Assembly: GCA_964016885.1 (NCBI GenBank)
Contig: CAXHJY010001741.1
Location: forward strand, 62,001-126,000
Origin: Eledone cirrhosa
Taxonomy: Eukaryota
DNA length: 64,000 nucleotides
Direction: 5' to 3'
Part shown: one piece after another, positions 54,899 to 64,000 of the stretch
Layout: each line of letters opens with the position of its first letter
Numbering within the stretch: the first letter of the stretch is position 1
The notes under the pieces: model-generated
The model's input: the letters and a program-made list of their open reading frames with translations, nothing else
What the model was told of the DNA's origin: nothing
Databases searched by the model: none
Made by a program: the position numbers and the translations under genes

Positions 54899-55709
54899 TT
54901 TACAATTATTATAATAATAACTAACAATGTTAGTTATTTGAATATGGCAAAGCCGGCCATTAATCGCTCGTATACATGAAACTGACTGGCCAAATCTGGC
55001 TGATCAGTAGGACTGCTAATATGCAGATCTGACTGATCAGTAACTCAGCTAATATGCAAATCAAGCCGATCAGTCACTGTATATTTTAGAAAATATATAT
55101 TTTCAGTAGCTCTGACACTTGGCAGGTAAGCAGTATACTGTACTGAAGAAGAGTAATCACCCAGAAATGTTAATGTCTGCAGTTCTGTTTACATGCCAAC
55201 ACAAGAACAAGAACGACGATGTCATTCTATTGATATGGCTTTAAAGAGGCTGTTTGTATAATTGCAAATAAATCGAATATTATTATTAATATTCGAAAAA
55301 CTCAGATTACATTTATTATAATAATGTTTTATTTCAACAAAAGATGAGTAAATATAAATGGGTCTCCGTTCAAGTTTATGCGGAGTATTATATTTACTCA
55401 ATAAAGTAATGTCTCAATTGCTGAGTATTTCAAAGACGCGTGTATTGTCAACGTAGAGAAGAATCAGCTTGATAAGCCCAGGCATTTGGATTATAGGTAC
55501 CGTCTACCTGGCTGGTGGCTACAGTTTTGTGAGCTTAATTTCACTCAAAAGGCTTGAGTCATAGCAAAGACAATGGTCAGTTAAAATTTGACGCAGTGGG
55601 ATCTAATCCAAGACTTTATGATTAAATAGCAAACTACTTCACCGCTCGTCTGTTCCTGCGTCTAAATAAGCGTCTAAAAAAAGTCTAATGTCTGTCCCCA
55701 GCATGAAAG

Positions 55710-55977
55710 GTCATCATTGCCGGTACTTATCCCGGTCTCTGCGGCGTTAAGTTTCTGAAAGTACAAGACTTCCCCAAAGATAGGACACCAGTCCTTCGCA
55801 GGGTTAAACCCCGAACAATTGCTGGATCTCGTCTTAAGCTGAGTATACTCGAGCAACGTAAAATGAAGTGTTTTGCTCAAAAATACAACACACAACCCAG
55901 TCCAAAATCGGACCCACGACATTATGATTGTCATGATTGTAAGTCCAACATACTTACCACTAAGCCACGCGCCTTCA
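55710..55977 (-). mobile_element. SINE family B
   Basis: Minus strand GAAGGCGCGTGGCTTAGTGGTAAG ... GGGTCCGATT ... TTGAGCAAAACACTTCATTTTACG. Confidence 0.7.
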
Positions 55978-58115
55978 CATACACTAAATAAGTGTAGAGC
56001 CTACAAAATACAATAAATGATTGTTACATATTTTATCAACCTGATTAGATTTGTACTCAGATCACAAATATACATAACTATATGCTTCAATGCATTTAGT
56101 CCAGCGCCCAGCTGTTCCGGCTCGACTACTGCCTATATCTTCTAGTAGTGATATGTCTGAACATCTCAAGACATTTAAACTCACGTCTAAATATTTTTCT
56201 AAAATTCCAACTAATCATGGAACATCTAAGCAGTCACTCGACCTGATAGAAAAAGCAGCTAAATTTCTCTCAAATCATATGACACCGTTGTAGAAAAACA
56301 AGACTCATTAAATAATATAGTCGCTGATGTAGTGTCTAGAAAAAAGACAAGAGGGTCACGGATAGAATGTTTTGGCTATGAATTAAACAATACCGATGAC
56401 GACGATAACAACAACAACGACAACAACAATGACGGCGACGATAACAACAACAACAACAACAGCAACTTTATAAAATACACTATCTACACTCATACAAACT
56501 CAAACTATCAATAGATTTCTTCGAGTTCTTATGATTATCTTTGTAAATTTATATCTGACTGTCAATACAACTCTAGCAATCTGCATATTGGGCCATACAC
56601 ATACATATAGATACATACACCCACATGAATAAGCACAGACACATACACTCCAACACCTACAGACACATACACACACATACGAATAATTTATCTAATATCC
56701 TTATCTGTCTTATGTCTTATCTTGCACACTCACAATATTCTAACATTTCTTTCATATGCTTTCTCTTCTTTTATTTTGTCTTTTTATGTTCTTTTTCTTA
56801 TCTTTTTTCCTTCTTTCACTCATTCTTTTGTTTGTTTGTCTTTCCTTCTCTCATTTCTTTTATTTTCTTTTTGATATATATATATTTTATTTCTTCGTCT
56901 ATAAACCACTTTATCACGTTGTTCGTTCCTTCTCTCTTTATATTTACTTTTTTCTTCCACTTTATATTTCAATGCTTAACTCTCTGACTCTCGGATTAAT
57001 TCTCCTTCTGTATGTACGCCTGGCTGTCGAATGCCTATTCCTCCCACCTCGCTTTCTCTATCTATATGTATGACTGCATATTTATATGTCTGTCTCTTTC
57101 CCTCTACTAGTACGTCTCTATGTCTGCCTTTTTTCCATCTGTCTGTTTGTCTCTATGCCTGTCTCTTTCCATCTGTCTGTATGTCTGACTGCCAACGTTT
57201 CTCTGTCTCTTATTTAGTCTTTCATTTTCATTTTTTTCTTCATATCTGTTGTTCAACTTTTATTTTATACTTTCTTCCTTGTTGTGCGGTATTTTTCTAA
57301 ATTTTATTCATTCATTGATTCATTCTTTGTTAACATATCTATCTTTTTAACTTTTTCACTTCTTATATTCTTTCTTTCTTCTTTTCCTTCTTTCATTCCT
57401 TCATTCTTTTTCTTTCTTTCTTTGTCTTGCTGTTTCCTTTATTTCTGTTTCTCTTTCTTTCTTCCTTGCTTGCATTTGTTCTACATTTATTATTTCTTTC
57501 ATATTGCAAATAAGGCAAAAACACACGAACCAACCAACAAACAAATAAAATATTGAATAAATAAAGCACTAAATAAGGATGATAAAAATATTAAATAAAT
57601 ACATAAAAAAGACGTTCAATTCTAAAATATGACTGAAAACAGAAATAGAAAATGTAAACAAAATGGCTGCCACGTAAAATGACGTTCGAACGGCAAGTAG
57701 ATTTGTTAAGATATTTGGAAAGGTAAATAAATAAAACAAATATGGTGAAATCATTGCATTCAGCTACTTTCTCTTGATATTATCCGGTTATCTTAACTTG
57801 GTCTGATTGGCGGCTGATCTTACTAGCCTCAGGATTGAACATCTTAAGGGTATGATATTGTATCACAGCAAAAACACACGCATTTACTCAAACTCGGATG
57901 ACACAAAAGTAAATATACATATACATACACGCACACATACACAACTACACATACATATTTGTGTGCACACACATATATATGCATCTTAGTTCACACAATC
58001 ACGCAGGCTCACAAAAAGAGAAATAATGAGCCAGTGTATACACACACACACACACACACATAGATGTATACACACTTTATGTCACTCTCTCTCCCACTCT
58101 CTCTCTCTCTCTATC

Positions 58116-58187
<72 letters not shown>

Positions 58188-58312
58188 TCTCTCTCTCTAT
58201 ATATATAAGAAAATGTTTTTTTTTTAAATAAAAAAACCCAGATGTCCTACACAGGTGTAGGAAATAGTTAAATATTCTTTAAAAGACTCCAGTTATATTT
58301 TCAATTTCTTTT

Positions 58313-58366
<54 letters not shown>

Positions 58367-58396
58367 ATATACATGCACAGAAGCACATACATACAT

Positions 58397-59002
58397 GGTG
58401 GCTGCCAACTCGTTTTCGAGTACGGCCACTACTTTATATCCATGTAGGAGAACTTCTACCGATGCGCTGAACGAGTGTGACTTTTTAGTCCAGCCAGCGA
58501 CTTGAAAACTCTGGTACAAACACTACACTTGTGATAATTATTGACACTTAGTGCTGGGCCAATGGTACCATGTGACGACAAGTGCAGAGAGATCTCCAGA
58601 TATAAAGCAATGTCTGTGCCGTGAAGCTTTTATAGTGAGCAAAGGCACTGCACAAAGCCAGTCCCACTCTCTTAACCAAGATGATATTTACCAAAAAGAA
58701 GAACAAGTCAACATCATTGGATACCATCAGGGTTGCAGGTGTTATATCAGAGTTTTCCTTCTCCTAGAATTCTGCCTTGACAAAGGCTAAGGGGTCATCT
58801 CTCCCGGTGATTTTGGATGGCCATTGACTCTTAAGAGCTCCTTTGCCCTTTGACAGGTTTTGTTTTTAGTCCTTCAGGATGTCCAAAGTCACCCTCCTCA
58901 CCAAGAAACCTTGGTGGGGTTGCCAGTTTAGTCGCCAACGACCCGACCATGAGACAGGTTGTACTGGGATGCATGTTACCAGTAGCACCAACTGGTGACC
59001 AG
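58397..59002 (-). mobile_element. Non-autonomous RTE-like element in (CATA)n, copy 2
   Basis: Near-identical to 48925-49519. Confidence 0.75.
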
Positions 59003-59186
59003 ACATACATACATACATACATGCATACATACATACATACATACATACATACATACATACATACATACATACATACATACATGCATACATACATACATGC
59101 ATACATACATACAAACATACATACATACATACATACATACATACATACATACATGCATACATACATACATACATACATACATACAT

Positions 59187-59792
59187 GGTGGCTGCCAACT
59201 CGTTTTCGAGTACGGCCACTACTTTATATCCATGTAGGAGAACTCCTACCAATGCGCTGAACGAGTGTGACTTTTTAGTCCAGCCAGCGACTTGAAAGCT
59301 CTGGTACAAACACTACACCTGTGACAATTATTGACACATAGTGCTGGGCCCATGGTACCATGTGACGACAAGTGCAGAGAGATCTCCAGATATAAAGCAA
59401 TGCCTGTGCTGTGAAGCTTTTATAGTGAGCAAAGGCACTGCACAAAGCCAGTCCCACTCTGTTAACCAAGATGATATTTACCAAAAAGAAGAACAAGTCA
59501 ACATCATTGGATACCATCAGGGTTGCAGGTGTTATATCAGAGTTTTCCTTCTCCTAGAATTCTGCCTTGACAAAGGCTAAGGGGTCATCTCTCCCGGTGA
59601 TTTTGGATGGCCATTGACTCTTAAGAGCTCCTTTGCTCTTTGACAGGTTTTGCTTTTAGTCCTGCAGGATGTCCAAAGTCACCCTCCTCACCAAGAAACC
59701 TTGGTGCGGTTGCCAGTTTAGTCGCCAACGACCCGACCATGAGACAGGTTGTACTGGGATACACGTTACCAGTAGCACCAACTGGTGACCTG
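59187..59792 (-). mobile_element. Non-autonomous RTE-like element in (CATA)n, copy 3, tandem with copy 2
   Basis: Near-identical, separated from copy 2 only by (CATA)n. Confidence 0.75.
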
Positions 59793-60160
59793 ACATACAA
59801 ACATACATACATACATACATACATACATACATACATACATACACACATACATACATACATACATACATACATACATACATACATACATACATACATACAT
59901 GATCACTGTCTTCAGCATGTTTGTCTTTGCGCTCCTTTTCTTTACAGGTTCAATGTCTCCAACTCCTAGGCACCGATAGCACTTTACTGTAGCACACAAC
60001 AGCACCGGAGACAAAGAAAGAGACACTGGCTCTCTCTGTTATACCTTCCGAGTGACGAAATATACTTTCCTACCTTCCGATATATTTATATACATATCTT
60101 TGTATGTATGCATATATTCCTATAATTATAAATATATATCGATCTACCACTGTTAAACAA

Positions 60161-60235
<75 letters not shown>

Positions 60236-60236
60236 A

Positions 60237-60282
<46 letters not shown>

Positions 60283-60283
<1 letters not shown>

Positions 60284-60845
60284 TGTCGCGGGTGGGACCG
60301 ATCCAGTTGACCACCGAGTTCATTGTCATGATCAAACCGCCACCCTCCTTCAAAAACGAAGGAGAGGCGGTTTTCCTTTGTGTGATAGCTATGGCGAAAG
60401 AGGTTGTTTGGTGGACAAGGTTGAAAGGGCTGAGGTCAGACACCTTTCTCTCCGGCCAACAACTGATTCTTTTTTTCAAATACCACTTTGGAAGAAGAAT
60501 CAGGATGGAGAGAGAGGTGCTGTACCCCAGCAAGTTTTATGAAAGGTGGGTGAAAGTGGCGAGAATGGCCCGAGTGAATGGGCCTTCTCTCTATATCAGC
60601 CTGTAGGTTGAGGAAAAGGAGGAGGAGAGGAAAGGAGTACAAACTCTTCGTACTCCTGGAGATGAGGGTTGCACATTTTTTTTCGGGGGTATGTGTTACC
60701 CATATAAACTGTCTCCCTCTATTGGGGAAAATCGACTAACTTTTTAAATTCCATTTGTGATAACATTTTACACGTTTTTATTGTATGTAAACTTCCCCCT
60801 TTGTACTTGTCCCCTTCTTTTGTGCCCCTGTGGCTAATAAAGAAA
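60283..60845 (+). mobile_element. 3' end of a Tx1/L1-clade LINE embedded in (ATCT)n
   Basis: Open frame ...FLCVIAMAKEVVWWTRLKG...KFYERWVKV...* resembles the Tx1 ORF2 C-terminus. The 3' UTR ends in AATAAAGAA, and (TCTA)n lies on both sides. Confidence 0.65.
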
Positions 60846-60864
60846 TCTATCTATCTATCTATCC

Positions 60865-60895
<31 letters not shown>

Positions 60896-61201
60896 GATCA
60901 TCTACCCATCTATTTATTTATCTATCTATCACATGTATGTATGTATGTATGTATGTATGTATGTATGTATGTATGTATGTATGTATGTATGTATGTATGC
61001 ATGCATGCATGCATGTATGTATGTATGTATGTATGTATGCATGCATGTATATATGTATGTGTATGTGTGTGTGTATGTATGTATGTATGTATGTATGTAT
61101 GTATGTATGTATGTATCTTTTTACCATTCTGTCCCCACCTTTCTGTTTTGGCAATGAGCCCTCATCACATAATCATCCTCACCAACATCACCTATCATCA
61201 C

Positions 61202-61235
<34 letters not shown>

Positions 61236-61236
61236 G

Positions 61237-61281
<45 letters not shown>

Positions 61282-61638
61282 GCGTCGTCGTCATTATCAT
61301 CACCACCGTTATCGTAATCACGAATGGACAAAGTTGTCGGCTGAGGCAAAGCTTTAATCGATCGCACCCTTATCAAACATTCCACCTCGTACCCTACCTC
61401 GCACCCTTTCTACCGTCCTTAGCAACACCAGCCTCAACAACAACCACTATCATCATCATCATCATAGTCATCACCAGCTGCAGTAACACCACCACCAACA
61501 ACACCACCACCAACATCACCACCAACATCACCAAACAACAGAGAAGACAAGAACAACTACAGATCTTTGTCTAACTCCCTAACATCGATACCTTCCACAC
61601 ATACAGACACAGATAGACGCACACAAAGACACACACAC

Positions 61639-61713
<75 letters not shown>

Positions 61714-62058
61714 CACACACACACACATATATATATATACACACACACACACACATACCGCGTATCTAAGTTTTTGTCTTATCTCTCGCCAGCCGCGTTC
61801 AAACTTTATCCTGAATGCAATCTTATCACCAGAGTTTAGTTTCTGTCTCTGTCCCACTCTGTCTGTCTGTCTGCCTGTTTGGCTGTCTGTTTGTCCGTTT
61901 GACTGTTAGTTTCTCTTTTAGTCTAACACCTTATTTCAAACACTCTCCCCTGCTTTCTCTCACTTTCTTGTCAGTCTCTCTCTCTCTCTCTCTCCCTCTC
62001 TCTCGACACACATACACACACACACAAACACACACCCACAGACAAAGACACACACACG

Positions 62059-62092
<34 letters not shown>

Positions 62093-62235
62093 CACATAGA
62101 CGTTTTCCCTTCTCCATCTCTCTCAAGTTTTATCATGGCTTATCTAATATTTCATTCTAATTCTTTCTCTCCTCTCACTCTTTTCGTCTCTCTCACTCTT
62201 TTCGTCTCTCACTCTTTTCATCTCTCTCTCTTTTC

Positions 62236-62286
<51 letters not shown>

Positions 62287-62417
62287 ATACACTTTCCTTT
62301 TCTCCCCTCTCTATTTTCGTCTCTCTCTTTGTCTAATATATACTTTACTCCTCCATCATCTTTCCTTGTCTCTTTCTCTCAAACACACAGTCAGTTTCTT
62401 TGCTCACCTTCACTGTC

Positions 62418-62419
<2 letters not shown>

Positions 62420-62507
<88 letters not shown>

Positions 62508-63632
62508 CACATACACACACCACACACACACTTTCTCTCTCGCTCACACATACACACACTCTCTCTATCTCACACACACTCTCTCTCCCTCACTCTCTCT
62601 CTCACCCACTATCTCTCTCTCTAACACACTCTCTCTATCTCACACACATTCACTCTCACACACACTCTCTCTCACTCTCTCTCTGTCACACACACACTCT
62701 CTCTCACACACACAAACTCTCTCTCTCACACACTCTCTCTCACACACACACACTCTCTCTCTCTCACACATACACTCTCACACTCACACACTCTCTCTCT
62801 CACACACACACTCTCTCTATCACACACACACTCTCTCTATCACACACACACACAAACTCTCTCTCTGTCACACACACTCTCACACACTCTTTCTCACACA
62901 CACACTCTCTCTATCACACACACACTCTCTCTCTCTCACACATACACTCTCTCACACACCCTCTCTCACACACACACTCTCTCTCACACAACACTCTCAC
63001 ACACATACATACACTCTCACACACACTCTGTCTCACACACACACTCTCTCTCTCACACATACACTCTCACACACACTCTCTCTCACACAACACTCTCACA
63101 CACATACATACACTCTCACACACACTCTGTCTCACACACACACTCTCTCTCTCACACATACACTCTCACACACACTCTCTCTCACACAACACTCTCACAC
63201 ACATACATACACTCTCACACACACTCTGTCTCACACACACACTCTCTCTCTCACACATACACTCTCACACACACCCTCTCTCACACACACTCTCTCTCAC
63301 ACAACACTCTCACACACACTCTCTCCCGCACACACACTCTCTATCACACACACGCATACATACACTCTCACACACACTCTGTCTCTCACACACACACTCT
63401 CTCTCTCACACATCCACTCTCACACACACCCTCTCTCACACACACACTCTCTATCACACACACACACTCTCTCCCGCACACACACTCTCTATCACACACA
63501 AACATACATACACTCTCACACACACTCTGTCTCTCACACACACACTCTCTCTCTCACACATCCACTCTCACACACACCCTCTCTCCCACACACACTCTCT
63601 ATCACACACACACCCTCTCTCCCACACACACC
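62420..63632. repeat. Compound (CA)n/(CT)n minisatellite with higher-order units
   Basis: Direct reading; explains the 539-aa and 443-aa H/T/L/S ORFs. Confidence 0.95.
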
Positions 63633-63852
63633 CTTTCTCCTTCTCTGCCGCTGTCTTTAACGATTATTTCATTGATGTTTCTACTCTTCTCTCTTTCTCC
63701 CGTCTCTCTCTTTCTAACACCTTCACCCTTTCCTTCTCTTATTCTTTATATTAGTTTCATTATTCCTACTTCTCCATTCACTCCCTCTCTCTCTCACACA
63801 GATACCTGCTCTTTCTTCACCTCTTGGCAATGGTCTTCTATTATTTCACTAT

Positions 63853-63913
<61 letters not shown>

Positions 63914-63916
<3 letters not shown>

Positions 63917-64000
63917 CTGAGTGGTTAGAGAACTGGATTCGCAATCGTGAGGTTGTCAGTTCGATTCCTGGACCGGGCGATGCGTTATGTCCTTGAGCAA
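63914..64000 (+). mobile_element. SINE family B head, cut by the window end
   Basis: TGGCTGAGTGGTTAGAG A-box, AGTTCGATTCC B-box, then GTCCTTGAGCAA. Confidence 0.75.

Noticed and set aside
62135-63754. 539-aa and 443-aa ORFs
   Set aside because: Translations of a (CA)/(CT) minisatellite that lacks stop codons by composition.
63914-63975. tRNA gene
   Set aside because: A/B-box head continues into SINE body sequence, as in the other copies; no complete cloverleaf seen.

Overview
AT-rich, microsatellite-saturated eukaryotic DNA that looks intronic or intergenic. The SINE repertoire suggests an octopod cephalopod (inference). No host gene can be named; there are only two weak candidate exons. 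Almost all ORFs in the track are microsatellite translations. Recognisable elements: many tRNA-headed SINEs of two families, a full-length dead DD37D (maT-type) Tc1/mariner, a mariner C-terminal fragment, an internally deleted Helitron with a Pif1-type helicase, a non-autonomous Helitron, RTE and Tx1 LINE fragments, three copies of an RTE-like non-autonomous element in (CATA)n, and a Penelope-like ORF fragment at the left edge. The main result is a dense set of small non-coding elements, mostly in or beside (TA)n tracts, that carry minimal type I hammerhead ribozyme (HHR) motifs. About 12 complete or near-complete cores from roughly 9 dissimilar sequence contexts were read by eye. They include a 311-bp tandem array with one clean HHR per unit (retrozyme-like, predicted 311-nt circular RNA) and a 446-bp HHR monomer. 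Several long palindromes fold back exactly at the tip of a hammerhead stem II, or just 5' of the CUGANGA core, which suggests ribozyme-structure-directed snap-back during integration. All folds were done by eye and coordinates of degenerate repeats are approximate.
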